Assembly (NCBI GenBank): GCA_965113315.1
Contig: OZ220365.1
Origin: Podarcis vaucheri
Taxonomy: Eukaryota
Direction: 5' to 3' (one strand)
Length of the DNA stretch: 64,000 nt
Below are positions 13,358 through 27,115 of this stretch, one piece after another. Position numbers and translations under genes: made by a program. Numbering within the stretch: the stretch's first letter is position 1; every line of letters begins with the position of its first letter. The notes under the pieces were generated by a model. It saw only the letters and a program-made list of their open reading frames with translations, was not told the DNA's origin and made no database searches.

Positions 13358-15404
13358 TATAGAAAACAAGATGCTAGACTGTTGGTTAGATCCAGCAGGA
13401 CTCTTCCTATATTCTTGGAGGTGTTCTTGTCTTTCACGCTGGTTCCTAACTCAGAAAAGTTTATTCTTCCCTACCTCTTCCACTAGCTCGACTCTGACAT
13501 ATAGGTTGTCTTACACTGTTGGGGTTTCATGGACGGTAGCAATGCAGCAGCTATTCTATTCCCTTGGTCATCTGTGACCTACTTATAAGAAACCCAGATA
13601 CAAGGCACTTGAAGCCCTTTCTACATGTATTCTATTTTTAGAGAGCACTCACTTTATGGGGGCACTTATGTCTGTCATCAACAGATCAATGGCCAGCGTC
13701 TTATTTCTACTACTGTACCGCGACACAATGTCAAGCCTACAATTTCGGTGGTCCATTGAAGGTCAACACTTTTCTCGCATTGTGACAAGCACTGTCTTGC
13801 TAGCTCTGCAAGCTGAGCAGAAAGAACTTCAGAACTTCATCGAGCCCAAACTTGCTATGTAAAACAAGAGTGAATGATAGCTACCATGCCACCAGCAGCT
13901 GTCTTGTTCACAACACAAAGAAGAAGGTGAAAGCCAAGGCGCTTTATGGCTGTGGTGTCCTTCAGAACAACAAAATGTGGAGAGACATAGGCAGTTGCTT
14001 TCTACTAAGCCAGATCTATGCGGTTCAGTATTGTCTCCTCATATGGTTGGCTGCTGTGAGAACAGGAGGCTGGACTAGATGGGCTCAAACATCTCTGGCA
14101 GATCTTTCTCATTGTCCATTACCTGTTCCTTTTTAAAAACTGGATATTAGTGATGGGAGAGAAAGTCAATTCAATTTGCATTAAGCTGAATTTACAAAAT
14201 TTGCAGTTTCTGAGCGCTGCCGCATTTGAGCGGCTATACCCCGTCCCCAAGCCTCGACCTGATTGGTTGGCTGCCCGGGGGTGTGGCACGGCAGCCGGGA
14301 TAGCTGGGCAGGGTTCGAAACGCCCCCTGCCAATGCGGGAAATGGCTCTCGCTCACAACTCCTGCCCTCTGCAAGGAGGAGATGCTTTTCTGAAACAAGA
14401 TGAGAAACACTTCTCTGACCAAACAATTGCTGCATTGAGCAACCATATTGTCCTACCCTGGAAACTGGCCCCCCTCCTGCCCCAGGCTGAGCCTATATTT
14501 GGCTATATCACATGCCTCAGGCCCTTTTGAGCATCATTTGTTTGTGCAAGCCCCCGACTCCAGCCTGTGCTGGAGCTTGGCCAAGATCTGACAGGTCTTT
14601 TTTGGCTTGTATTTGCTGCAGCTGAAGAGAGGAATAGGATCAGATTGTGAGTCTATTTATACTTTTCCTCATTCATCAGCTTGACTTCAGATACCTGATT
14701 ATCTACTTACAGAAAAGACACTGTCATTTGCAATCCTCCGTCCAAGCGATCTTCCTACTACCATCGCTGTGGACTTTGTGCTTTTATACAATATAGCTGG
14801 GATAGTAGCTTTGTTTAGATTCGTGTTCTTGAGGTTGATGCTCTCCTCATAACAAAGTTAACAGCTGGTGGATAGCATGGTACTCATGGCGAAAATAACC
14901 CTGGGTTTAAAAAAAGGCTGTTTTATCCCATTTTTGGAAACAACACAGTCCCGTTTAGCCATGGCAATTATTTGTATAGACAGAAGGCTTCTGGTGTCAG
15001 GATTGTGGGTGAGTGTATGGGCCAAAATGGGGATTAAAATATACTGTTTCCTGGATTCCAGTGTTAAGCATAATTTTAGCATGTCCATCCCTGTTGTGCA
15101 AATATAGTACAATCAAAATTCCTTATACTTATTATCAATGGACAGTTGGTTGGCAGCTTCATATAACTTTCTTGATTGAGTTTCTCATTAAAATCTTTCC
15201 AGGTAATCAGGGGCATCAGGGCGCAGCCTGACTCCCTCCTCTGGCAACCTGCACAGAATTTTGCTTAATCGGTTGCCATCAATTTGATTTTAACTAATTT
15301 TTATAATGAAATCTTTTTAGAATGTATGATTATTTGATTGTTTATTTGATTGTTGTTAGCCGCCCTGAGCCCGGCTCAGCTGGGGAGGGCGGGATATAAA
15401 TAAA

Positions 15405-15450
<46 letters not shown>

Positions 15451-15512
15451 GCACAAGAGAAGCACAATTGTTCTTTTGTTATTCATATCAAGAGAAACAT
15501 TAAACTGTGCTT

Positions 15513-15658
15513 CATAGAATCATAGAGTTGGAAGGAACCCTGAGGATCATCTAGTCGAACCCCCTTCAATGCAAGAATATGCAGCTGCCCCATATAGGGC
15601 TCGAACCTTCAACCTTGGCATTATCAGCACTGCACTCTAACGAACTGAGCTATCCAGT
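15513..15658 (-). mobile_element. SINE: tRNA-Ile-like head plus CR1 3' tail
   Basis: Minus: gatagctcagttcgttagagtgcagtgctgataatgccaaggttgaaggttcgagccc...gactagatgatcc..ttccaactctatgattctatg. Confidence 0.78.
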
Positions 15659-17349
15659 CCTCAGTTAGAAGCAAACATTTGATGTCCATATCAAAATGGT
15701 AAGCTACAATACACAGCAAAAGCCACACTGGACAGAAATGTTAAAATTGATCCAATGGTGGTGCATGCCTTATTTCTAGAGGAAGACTATTCCAGAGGGC
15801 AGGTGCCACCACAGAAAAGGTCCTCTTCCTGGTTGTGGCCAGATGGATGTCTACAGGATGCTGCATAACCATGATCTTAATGATCTGCATAAGTAAGTCT
15901 GTATGGGAGAAGGTGTTCTCTCAGATATGTGGTACTTTTATAAGATTGTGTATAAAAATATAGTACAGGCATACTTTTAGTAGCATAGAATAGTGAATTG
16001 ATGGAAAGTTTTGTGTGGTCATTGACAGGCAACAAAGGCCTATGGGATAAAGCCAGTAATCAGGCACAAAGAGTCAAGGCGGAATGATGATTCAAGGGAG
16101 AGGCTCAAGAAGCAAGTTAGAAGTCAGAATTAAAGGATAGCTAAGGATACTGAAATACACCATAGCTCAGGAAAACAACTTATACGCCTTCCTGCCCATT
16201 CTCAGCTGGAACAGGGAGCACCAATGGCCAGTCCGGGAGGACAGCCAATCCAGAGTTTAAGAGTATTCCACTGAGAAGTTGCCACCTACATTTTTGTGGC
16301 TTAGCACATGGGGCAGCCGCCCCCAGTTCCCAACTCTTTGATTCTGAAGGCCCTCTATGGAATAGAGTTTTAAAAGAAACAAGCAAATTAATATCCTTGC
16401 TATTATGACCACTGCCATTCTAGCAGTAGACAATTGTAAGCGTAAAGTACCTGTAAACAATAGCTTGTACTTTCACTGTTTATTGTTCATCTGATAGAGC
16501 AAATACTTCCAAGGTTAGGTGTGTTATGCAATGCATTTTTGATGGTATCTGCATTTTGTTATCAACACTGAATTGCACCTGCTGTTTCTAAAAAGTGGCA
16601 GAGGAAATCCTATAATATACTCTGCGATTGCATTACAGATCCTGAGGCGTGTAGCTAAGAGCTCCATAAAGCCCCCAATGACAGATTGCCGAGTTAAAAA
16701 TAGACTGAAAACCCACATAACCTGTCCAACTTGTAGGTTGCAAATGAAAGACATTTATGAAGTTCGTGTCTATGATTGGTTTGACTGATAGTGGATGTCT
16801 GGCTGACCTTGCCGACTCAGCTGCAAGTTACTTTCAAGGAGTCAGCAGGCAAAGCAAACAAGCTAATAATGAACCAAAACCAGCAATCTTTTTGCTCTGT
16901 TTGTCCTCACAGAAGCTCCTGAGCTGATGCCTCAGTGTGCAACCCAAGGTACTTGAAAGAGGGGAAGATGTGTGCTGGGTTGAGTGTGGATTTTATACAC
17001 TTGGAATCCAAACAAGGACTTCCCATGTCCATCAAGGAGAGCTGTTGAGAATCATGCCTTGTGTATTCTGAGCCTCATATATGCTGGATCAATTAACTGG
17101 AGATACACACCTTGCCCTGCAATAAAATAAATCCCAGTTGAATATGCCTTAATACTTGAGTTTCATGGCATTTCCCCCTCAAAATCCGCCCCAAGATAGC
17201 TAAAATGACCCCCTTTTTATAGGCTCCAAATGGGGGGGCATATTTTCTCCACGATGGATAAAAGTGTAAGTCTACAAGTTGTATCAACCAAATTACACAA
17301 TAGGCATGACTGCAGCAGGTAGGCCGAGAAGCAGAAAAACAGTCTGGAT

Positions 17350-17485
17350 CAGGCATCCCCAATCTGCGGACCTCCAGATGTTTTGGCCTACAGCTCCCAA
17401 GATCTCTAGCTAACAGGATCAGTGGTCAAGGATGATGGGAATTGTAGTCCAAAACATCTGGAGGGCCGAAGGTTGGGGATGCCTG
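17350..17485. mobile_element. hAT MITE (URR1/Charlie-like)
   Basis: CAGGCATCCCCAA TIR; TSD GTCTGGAT/GTCTAGAT. Confidence 0.88.
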
Positions 17486-17759
17486 GTCTAGATCACCAGG
17501 CCATCTTAGAAATGGATAGAACACATGTGGGACTCACAAAGTTGCTTCAGGATGGAGTGCTGCTGTTCAGAATCCAGACCACTCCACTTGATTCCTCATG
17601 CCTCCCACCCATTTTCCATTCACTTCCTACACATAGTTAGCATCTGGTGCCACAGAGCATGCTCAATCCTCATGAGAGTGTTTTTAGGGCTCCCTCCAAA
17701 TTTAGGAATAGCTTTCTGATTTTTTATTTTGTTTGCATTTCTGCAAAACTTGGAGTTCT

Positions 17760-19111
17760 AAGCAAGTGGTTGCTGAACAACTCCAAGCACGCCTGGAAGA
17801 AGCGGACCATTTGGATCCCTTCCAGTCGGGATTCAGGCCTCATCATGGGACTGAAACTGCCTTGGTCGCACTGGTTGATGATCTCCGGCGGGCTAGGGAC
17901 AAAGGTGAGAGCTGTTTCCTAGTTCTGGTGGATCTCTCAGCGGTGTTTGATACCATCGACCATAACATCCTTCTGGACCGTCTTGAGGGGCTGGGAGCTG
18001 GTTCCACTCCTTCCTCCTGGGCTGTGTTCAGAAAGTGGTGGGGGGGATGAGTGTTCAGACCCTTGGGCTCTCACTTGTGGGGTGCCTCAGGGTTCTGTCC
18101 TCTCCCCCATGCTTTTCAACATTTACATGCAGCCACTGGGAGAGATCATCAGGAGGTTTGGGCTGGGTGTTCATCAGTATGCGGATGATACCCAGCTCTA
18201 CCTCTCTTTTAAATCAGAACCAGTGAAGGCGATGAAGGTCCTATGTGAGTGTCTGGAAGCGGTTGGAGGATGGATGGCGGCTAACAGATTGAGGTTGAAT
18301 CCTGACAAGACAGAAGCACTGTTTTTGGGGGACAGGAGGCAAGCAGGTGTGGAGGATTCCCTGGTCCTGAATGGGGAAACTGTGCCCCTGAAGGACCAGG
18401 TGCGCAGCCTGGGAGTCATTTTGGACTCACAGCTGTCCATGGAGGCACAGGTCAAATCTGTATCCAGGGCAGCTGTTTACCAGCTCCATCTGGTACGTAG
18501 GCTGAGACCCTATCTGCCTGCAGACTGTCTTGCCAGAGTGGTACATGCTCTGGTTATCTCCCGCTTGGACTACTGCAATGCGCTGTACGTGGGGCTACCT
18601 TTGAAGGTGACCTGGAAACTACAGCTAATCCAGAATGCGGCAGCTAGACTGGTGACTGGGAGCGGCCGCCGAGACCATATAACACCAGTCTTGAAAGACC
18701 TACATTGGCTCCCAGTATGTTTCCGAGCACAATTCAAAGTGTTGGTGCTGACCTTTAAAGCCCTAAACGGCCTCGGTCCAGTATATCTGAAGGAGCGTCT
18801 CCTCCCCCATCGTTCTGCCCAGACACTGAGGTCCAGCTCCGAGGGCCTTCTGGCGGTTCCCTCACTGCGAGAGGCCAAGTTACAGGGAACCAGGCAGAGG
18901 GCCTTCTCGGTAGTGGCGCCCGCCCTGTGGAACGCCCTCCCATCAGATGTCAAAGCGATAAACATCTACCTGACATTCAGAAGACATCTGAAGGCAGCCC
19001 TGTTCAGGGAAGTTTTTAATATGTGACATTTTAGTGTATCTTTCATCTTTGTTGGAAGCCGTCCAGAGTGGTTGGGGAAATCCAGCCAGATGGGCGGGGT
19101 ACAAATAATAA

Positions 19112-19156
<45 letters not shown>

Positions 19157-19157
19157 G
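17760..19157 (+). mobile_element. L2-clade LINE, 5'-truncated, RT domain plus 3' end
   Basis: QSGFRPHHGTETAL, DLSAVFDTIDH, GVPQGSVLSP, YADD motifs, C-terminal TLRSS..RAFSVVAPALWNALP and (ATT)n tail. Frameshift/small deletion near 18000, then open to the stop at 19026. Confidence 0.93.
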
Positions 19158-19174
19158 ATAAATTTATTGTTCTA

Positions 19175-19328
19175 AGCGGTTTAGTCATGCTGGCCACATA
19201 ACCCAAAAAGCTGTCTGTGGTCCAACACTGGCTCCCTTGGTCTGAAAGTAGAGATGAGTGCTGTACCGTATGGTCGAATTCGAATGGACTTAACCATCAT
19301 GGGGTCTTTTCCCTTTCCCTTTTACCTA
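19175..19328 (+). mobile_element. Sauria SINE, degraded 3' half
   Basis: agtcatgctggccacat...gagatgag...cctttcccttttacc. Confidence 0.7.
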
Positions 19329-21809
19329 CCATTTGGGCTACAGAAACAATGTAACTCTTCCTGAACATCATCATCATCATTCACAGCAGGTCTCAGCGCA
19401 GATTATAACAATTTATAATTAAAAACAGTTAAAACAAACGACAGTCACAGGAATAGGGTGGGTCCTATACATCAGAAACACAGGGAAGAAAGTGACTCAT
19501 GCTTCCTGTTTTCTGTGCGTCTTTGCAGCATCCGCAGAGGAGCTCTCATTTCTTCCCCTGTAGTGAGACATCTGAATTGTCCACGCATTAGGACCTTGTG
19601 TACATCACCATCAGGGGAAGTTGCAAGATTTGCATGGATGTCAGATATTACAAAGAAGTACAGAGAACAGGAAGCACTTGCCACTCACACACTCTTATTT
19701 CCATGCAGCCTTTATGTGGGGATGACAAACCGCAGATTCCTCACAACTAAGGTACAGATCTCTGGAACCTCCCTTGGTCACCAAGCCTTATGTGACCTGA
19801 TATGTGTGTCTTTTTCATTCCAGTCCTGACCATGATAAATGATATACTCCCATTACCTAAGTGATTTGTAAGTCGTTATTGTGCAGGCAGGATCTTGCTC
19901 CAGGGCAGGAAGCTGTATTAGAAAACCTTCAAGTCTCTTCTAGACCAGGATTCTGCCAGCCCCAGTTGTTATTGGACTCCACAGCCAAGATGGCTGCTCC
20001 CAAACATTGGAGCTCCCTTCCTAGAGAAGTTAGACTGGCTCCTTCCTTATTGTCCTTTCACCGGCAGGTGGAGACTATTTTATTTCGAAAGGATTTTGGG
20101 AACTGAATGTTTTTGGTTGTTTTTTTTAAGGAAAGGGCTTTAATAGTGCTGTGCTGATTTTATTATCTGTGTTTTAAAAGATTCATTTTTTGTGTTGTTC
20201 TAATTCTATTACAGTTTATCTATTTATTTTGTTTATTAAGCTGATATACCACCCCTTCATCAGCAGATCAAAGGGCGGTTTACTGTAGGAATTACTTTAT
20301 ATGGAGTTTAATTACATTTTAACAACAATATATAATTACTTTTTATATACACTTCTCTTTTGTATTTTATCTCTCTTTTAATTTGCATAAGCCACCTTGA
20401 GTTCTGGGCTGGGGAAAAGGCAGGATCTAAATAAACAACAACAACAACTTGGTCAATTGTCAGGGGTGATGGGAGTTGCCTTACAAAATATCTGAGGGTG
20501 TTTCTAGTTGGAGAAAGCTTCTCTGCTATAACATGATGGCTATCCAGAAACATTTGGTGGGGCACAACTCCCACGTTCTTATTCTACTTCCTTTTCTATG
20601 ATTACGTACCATTTCCCCTTATGACTATGGCTTTCACTCTCCTTCGTATCCAGCGCCCCTCTTGAATCATAGCTGACTTTTTCTCTGATGACACATTGGC
20701 TTTCTATAGCTGCCTTTAAGGGAGGTGTCTGTGAGGAAGCCAGTTAAGGCCAGTCGAAACCCTTTGGAAAGCCTTGCCTCTCTTAACCTTTGACAGCAGA
20801 GAGAGTTCCTCTGATGATACAGTTTACTAAGTACAAGGAGGGCACTGTTGCTATGTATTACACAAGGGTCCATCTGGGGATAAGTAGACAACAGGTTACA
20901 TTACAGCAGACCTTGGCCTTAAATCCCAGTGACTATACTTGAAAAGAGTTCGACTAATTTGCCAGACTGGCCCAGGAATGGAGCGTATTAATCCAATTAC
21001 TTGACCTAGCTTCTCAAGCCAACACACAACCAATTGTCAGAAGAGTTTACACTCCTGCTGTTGGGATGAAAAGTTAGACTTTGTGTGTTTATGGCAGGCC
21101 TAAAAATACATGAGAAAGAATTCAGAGCACCTGATATCATTATGAGGCCCTTCTATTTCAACCAAGCCCAATTACGCATTTGCTAAAATTTGCAGTTTGT
21201 CAGTGGTGCAAGCCAGACTGTTTTAGCTCTCCCCAAGATTATATCAGACATGTTTTGCTCACTATAATGGAACAAGAATACACCCCCACCCCCAAATATT
21301 TACACTAGGGAGAGTGGGGGCAGGGGACGATGTGTAGGTATTTCAGGTAGATATTGCAAGTGACCCATAATTCAGCACCTGCTATGGTTTCTTCTTCTTG
21401 ATTCTCCAGTGACAAGTAAGTGTCAAGCTAAAAAAAAAAATCAGGTTGTTTGTGATTTTCAGAGGGAAAGGCAACTGGTGGCTAGAGAACTCTGAGATGC
21501 CAGGGGGTAAAAAAAGTTCCGCTTTAACCAGGCCTTTGGCTGAGTGACAGCCAATGTCCTTTTAAAATGTGTTGGGGGTTTATTGGGTTGGTTTCGTTTT
21601 CATTTTTATTATGTAGTTTGCATTTTTATATTGTGATTTTAGGTTTTAACCTCCCTGAGACCTGCAGGCAAAGAGCAGTATACAAATCTAATTGATTAAT
21701 TAAAATAATAGTAATTATTTTATTATTATCCTGCCAAGCTCCTAGCATTGTTCTAGATCACAAGTGCATCCTTCTACCATCATGGCCCTAAGTCATACAC
21801 ACTTTTATA

Positions 21810-22050
21810 CAGAGTTACCTCTAGTTACGAACTTAATTCGTTCCGGAGGTCCGTTCTTAACCTGAAACTGTTCTTAACTAGAGACATGCTTTTGCTAATG
21901 GGGCCTCTTGCTGCTGCTGCGCCGCTGGCACACGATTTCCATTCTCATCCTGGGGCAAAGTTCTCATCTCGAGGTAACTCTTCCAGGTTAGCAGAGTTTG
22001 TAACCTGAAGCGTTTGTAACCTGAGGCGTTTGTAACTCGAGGTACCACTG
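21810..22050. mobile_element. Same MITE family
   Basis: TA TSD; diverged left TIR; GAGGTACCACTG right TIR. Confidence 0.88.
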
Positions 22051-22723
22051 TACACGCTTTCTGCAAAGCAATTTCCCTGATAGAATACATTTTATATGCT
22101 ATTTTCACAAATATACACTTTTTTATGTACACTTTATTCCAGTACCTGCATTTTTGTGCATATCACTTTGGGCTGTAGAACTGCACCACAATATTCAGAG
22201 AAGTGCAAATTTCAAAGGAGGGCTGTGTTTCGGTTCATATATTGTTCTGGAAAGTGTGTGAATCAGGTTGGTTTGCATTTAGATGCAAATTGAGTGGAAT
22301 TCCTAGGGAAGGAGACCTTGGGAAATGCTGTTCATAGTAAGAGCCACTGACCATTTTGTGTCCCTCAGCTCTGCCTATGGAGTCTTGCCTTTTTTTTGTA
22401 TATGCCCATAGCATTACATTCACTGTTTACAAAGCTCTCCCCGGGATCCATCTGTCTATGCGGAGAGCTGGTTGTTCTCAAGTGAGAACACAAGCATTTA
22501 GAAAAGGGCCTGCGTTTGTCTGAAGTTTGTAACATCTCAATGGCTAAGATATACAGCATGATATCCTTTGGACTGATGGAGCCATAAAAGTGAATCTTGT
22601 AAATTCCCATCTAATGAGCTAGCTGCTGTTTTACAAGAAGCCCCCTCATGAGATCCTTGGGGACTATGTGGCAAAAAGAGGGGGAGCATTATAATCAGGA
22701 AACCAGAGTGATCTCATGCAGTA

Positions 22724-22960
22724 CACTGGTACCTCGGGTTAAGTACTTAATTCGTTCCATAAGTCAGTTCTTAACCTGAAACTGCTCTTAACCTGAAGCA
22801 CCACTTTAGCTAATGGGGCCTCCTGCTGCCGCCATGCCACCGGAGCACAATTTCTCATCCTGAAGCAAAGTTCTTAACCTGAAGCACTATTTCTGGGTCA
22901 GCGGAGTCTGTCACCTGAAGCGTATGTAACCTGAAGCGTATGTAACTCGAGGTACCACTG
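22724..22960. mobile_element. Same MITE family
   Basis: TA TSD and TIRs. Confidence 0.9.
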
Positions 22961-23177
22961 TAGTGTTTCAGGCATGCAGTTCCTTTTAACTACTAGTTAT
23001 CATTTGGATAGACACAAATTTATATATTTATTGCCTACGGGGTCTACCTTTAGCTTGGAGAAAGGTCTGAACAATATAGTTAGTTAGGTCCTTCTTTTTT
23101 ACTCAACCCTAAGAAGTCTGAGGTGAATGAGAAACATCTACCACACCAAAAACTGGCCATGAATATGAGCCTTAAAC

Positions 23178-23316
23178 CAGGGGTGAGGAACCTGTGAACC
23201 TCCAGATGCTGTAGGACTACAACTCCCATCATCCCTAGCTGTTGGCTATGCTGGCTGGGGATGATGGGAGTTGGGAGTCCAATGACATCTACAGGGCCAC
23301 CAGCTCCTCCTCCCTG
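23178..23316. mobile_element. hAT MITE (URR1-like, older)
   Basis: ctccagatg..actacaactcccatca..gatgatgggagttg body; further decayed copies near 5195, 9490, 34965, 52680 and 56875. Confidence 0.75.
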
Positions 23317-24246
23317 ACTTAATTGCAGCTAGAATCTCAGCACATCTCAGTGAATTTCCACTGACAGTGGTGAGGGTGAAGGGAATCTAACTGCCATCAA
23401 ATCAGCTGCCTAAGAGAAGAATTGTGTGGCGGAAACTGTCCTCATCTCTTGGCTGGGCCATTGACACCAGCTTTGCTGGTGATGTAGCAGGGAGAGTCCT
23501 TCTGGGACAGGGCTGCTCTTTGTCAAGAGCAAGACAGCCAGAATCACCCCTGATCTTGGCAGGGAGTTGTTGTTTTGCTAGGCAGCCAGAATCTGCTGAA
23601 GAAAACTATATAATTGCACTGTAAGAACTGTAGCTTTAAGAATTTATGCTTGAGCTTGCTTTTTCCTCTTCCCTCCCATTCCATTTTTCTCGTGTGCCAT
23701 GACTTATTCGATTGTGAGCCGGAATGCAGGAAGCATCTTAAGTACTGATTTTTGAAAGCCATTCTGAGTACCCTTTTGCTAAGGGGCAGGGTATAAATGC
23801 ACAAATTAAATAAACAAAGCTTTACACTTGCGTTTGATCTGGCAGATTCCTCCTCACCTTTGTCAGAGAAAGGTGAATATATCCTCACCCCTCTGTTTGA
23901 TATTTGCCATCTTCTCTTCTTTCTTCTTTTTTTGCCATTAAAAACTTAATATCAGCATGAAAAAGCCCTATGTGGGATTAATCAAAGGAAGGCAACCCCC
24001 ACCCCCTTTCCAAGTTATCATTCAGCCAAAACCACATATATAGTACTATGCATTTTTCATCGTCTTGCCTTTGTGTTGCTATTAAAAATGATGGGTGATG
24101 TTTTAATGTTGCTGGAATGATGCAGCACCCTGTGAATGCTGCGAGCCTGCCAATGAGAGTGAGATAAATGGGCTAGGATTCATCAACTATTATTCATTCA
24201 AAACCAACCAGTCATAATAGTCCTAATGGGTGCACATTAATGCATT

Positions 24247-24248
<2 letters not shown>

Positions 24249-24308
<60 letters not shown>

Positions 24309-24312
24309 TGTG
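24249..24312. repeat. Compound (TC)n(TG)n microsatellite
   Basis: Direct. Confidence 0.97.
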
Positions 24313-25195
24313 TAGGAATAAATGGACCCACACACAAGCCACATTCAGCCCTGATGCTGAGATCATCTAGAGTGGCCTCACAGGTCCATCCACCTCCCTA
24401 AATGATTACTATATCTTAAAAAGAAATGGAATACATCTCACCACAGTGGGGAAGACTGTGAAGAAGTGACCTGGGTGCCTGCCGAGTCTGCTTGTTTAGG
24501 TGTTAATTCTTGATGGGTAACTTCAAGGCCCTTGCCATCCCTTCTCCTGGTTCTTTTATCTTTAATTCAGACAGCACGTCAAATAGAGGGCTGTCCTCTG
24601 TACAGTAGGATGCATTGTCGCACTGGTTTCACAGAGGATTTCTGCATGATTACAGCATGGCCATGATATTGAAAAATAGATGGAATCTTGCACCCAAACA
24701 TCCCCCGGAACAGAGAGAAAGCAGATGCCATCTATCAAATCTGTGCAGTGCAGTCAGCAGTTCATTCCATAATTGCTTTGTCAAGGCCAGGACTTAAGGA
24801 GGCCCCCATCTGATGCCCGTGTAATTCAGACTGCAACTGTCAGCCAGTCAAGGAGAAGCACTGCAGTTGACACAAGTTTCTTCTAACAAAAGTTTGCTTG
24901 CAATGCTTTGACCGTTTACTCCAGAGAAGTCCTACTAACTGAAGGCAGCTGAAGAAGTGACTAGAACAAACTCGTACCCAGACCCACAAAGATTGCACAG
25001 GTGAACCTGAAGGTGGCTATTTTGCAAATCACCATGTCTTTTAAAAAAATCATTGAAAGCATAGTTAGAATAGCAACAAATTGTGATTGCAGTGATGGCA
25101 TAGGGTTTCCCTTTTCTTTGTTTTAAAAATGAAGCTAGCTTGAAAAGGAGGGTCCCTAGCTCAGAGGTGGAGCGTGTCCATTGGATGCAAAAGAC

Positions 25196-25223
<28 letters not shown>
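25196..25223. repeat. (CA)n microsatellite
   Basis: Direct. Confidence 0.95.
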
Positions 25224-25226
<3 letters not shown>

Positions 25227-26329
25227 CGGGGATCCTGATAGCTAGGGAACACACTAATGGCAAGGTGTAGTCAGTGAAAGAGACTTGAATGATAACATGG
25301 AAAGCTATTTTGGCACTTGAAAGGAACTTGAAAGGCAACCTATTGGCACATGGAAAAAAGGCTTCAATGCATGTCCTTTGAAATGAACGGTGTGGAATTA
25401 GGTAACTAATTCTTTAAAAATGCAGCACAGACTGAGAGGGAAAATGGCAAAGACAGGTTATTTATTGGGACAGTGTGATTTTTGCAGCTGATGTTAAAGT
25501 TGCAAAACACGGGACAGAACAATGGAGAATTTCTGAAACAACAATGGGATATTAGCTCTGCCCAAGGCATGATGGAGAACAGCAACAACCAGGAAAAGAT
25601 AGACACAACGTTTTACAAGGACAGGAAGAAACATCATGGACAGAAAAATTGTCACACACAGGAAGAAGGACACAGTTTGAGTGCCTCACTTGTAGATTTA
25701 TATATCATGTAATGTGTCAATACGAATGGAAGTTGTTAATATTGCAGTTGTTGTATAAGGGATTGTTATTTTGACTGGAGTGTAATTGAATTTAATAAGA
25801 TTCTGAAATGCAGAAATAAAGTAAATCATGAAACCATCAATTCTAGCATGCAGGCGGCCACCTAAATTATATAATTTGGTATTTGAATGATTGTGTATTA
25901 GTAATTGTATTATAATTTGGCATTGTTATAATGAGGCTATTATTGAAATGTAATTGAAAACTAATAAAAATTATTATAAAAAAAAATGCAGGACAGTGTA
26001 TAGCAAGTTGAATAACATTGGTTTTGCAGGAAACTGAACTGCAGCAGAACAAAAGCAACACTGCATGTGATGCACGTGGGTTAGAATGGAAATTGATGCC
26101 TTACATCCCTAGTTATAACTCAACTAATATTCCTTGGACCCTCACATTCCAGCATTCATTTTTACCCACCTTTCTTCATTGTGTATCCTTTTCTATCAAT
26201 CTCCAGTGTCTTTTTAGTTATGCCACTTATTGCCATCTGTGCCTAATTCCAAAGTCTCACAGAAAGCCTCACCTTGTTTTAGTCTACACAAAGAGCTCAG
26301 GGTCACAGAGTCCCCTCATAAAGTAACTA

Positions 26330-26921
26330 CCGTATTTTTCGCCCCATAAGACGCACCGGCCCATAAGACGCACCTAGTTTTTTGGGGGGGAAATAAAGGG
26401 AAAAAAATTATTTCCCCCCCAGGTGCGCTGCGCTACACCAGGAGCTTGGGGCGTGCCGAGCTCAGCGCGCCCCAAGCTTCTGCGTGCTGGCAAGCAGTCC
26501 GCTAGCCCTGGGAGAGCCGCGGGGCTCTCCCAGGGCTAGCGGATCGCTGCGCTACACCAGAAGCTTGGGGCGTGCCGAGCTCAGCGCGCTCCAAGCTTCT
26601 AGGTGCGCGCAAGCAGTCCGAAGCACAGGGAGCCCAAAGCACGGGGAGCCCAAAGCACAGGCTGCCGCCCAAGCCTCACGCACCCGGTGGGACCTCCTGC
26701 CGGGAGCACGAGGCTTGCTGACACTCACCCGAAGCAGGGGGAAGCCCTCCGGAGGGCTCCCCGTGCTTCGGGTGACAGGCTGCTGCCCCAAGCCTCGCGC
26801 ACCCGGTGGGACCTCCTGCCGGGCGCGCGAGGCTTGCAGGCATTCGCCCCATAAGACGCACCCCGATTTCCCCTTCATTTTTGGAGGGGAAAAAGTGCGT
26901 CTTATGGGGCGAAAAATACGG
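26330..26921. mobile_element. Tc2-like non-autonomous DNA transposon with GC-rich interior
   Basis: TA TSD; perfect 27-bp TIR CCGTATTTTTCGCCCCATAAGACGCAC. Confidence 0.9.
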
Positions 26922-27115
26922 TAATTTATCCCGAAAAGGCATGATTGCTTTTAAGCAAAGTATAGAAGCATAAAAGGTCTGAGGACACTAATGGTCATAA
27001 TAGCGTGCTCTTGTGTTCTGACACATGTCTGGTTGAGGCATAAAATGTCCTTCATGGCAGTTTAAGAAATGGTGTATGTTTGTGAAGCCTCTCTTATTGT
27101 GTTTTGGGGGTAGAT

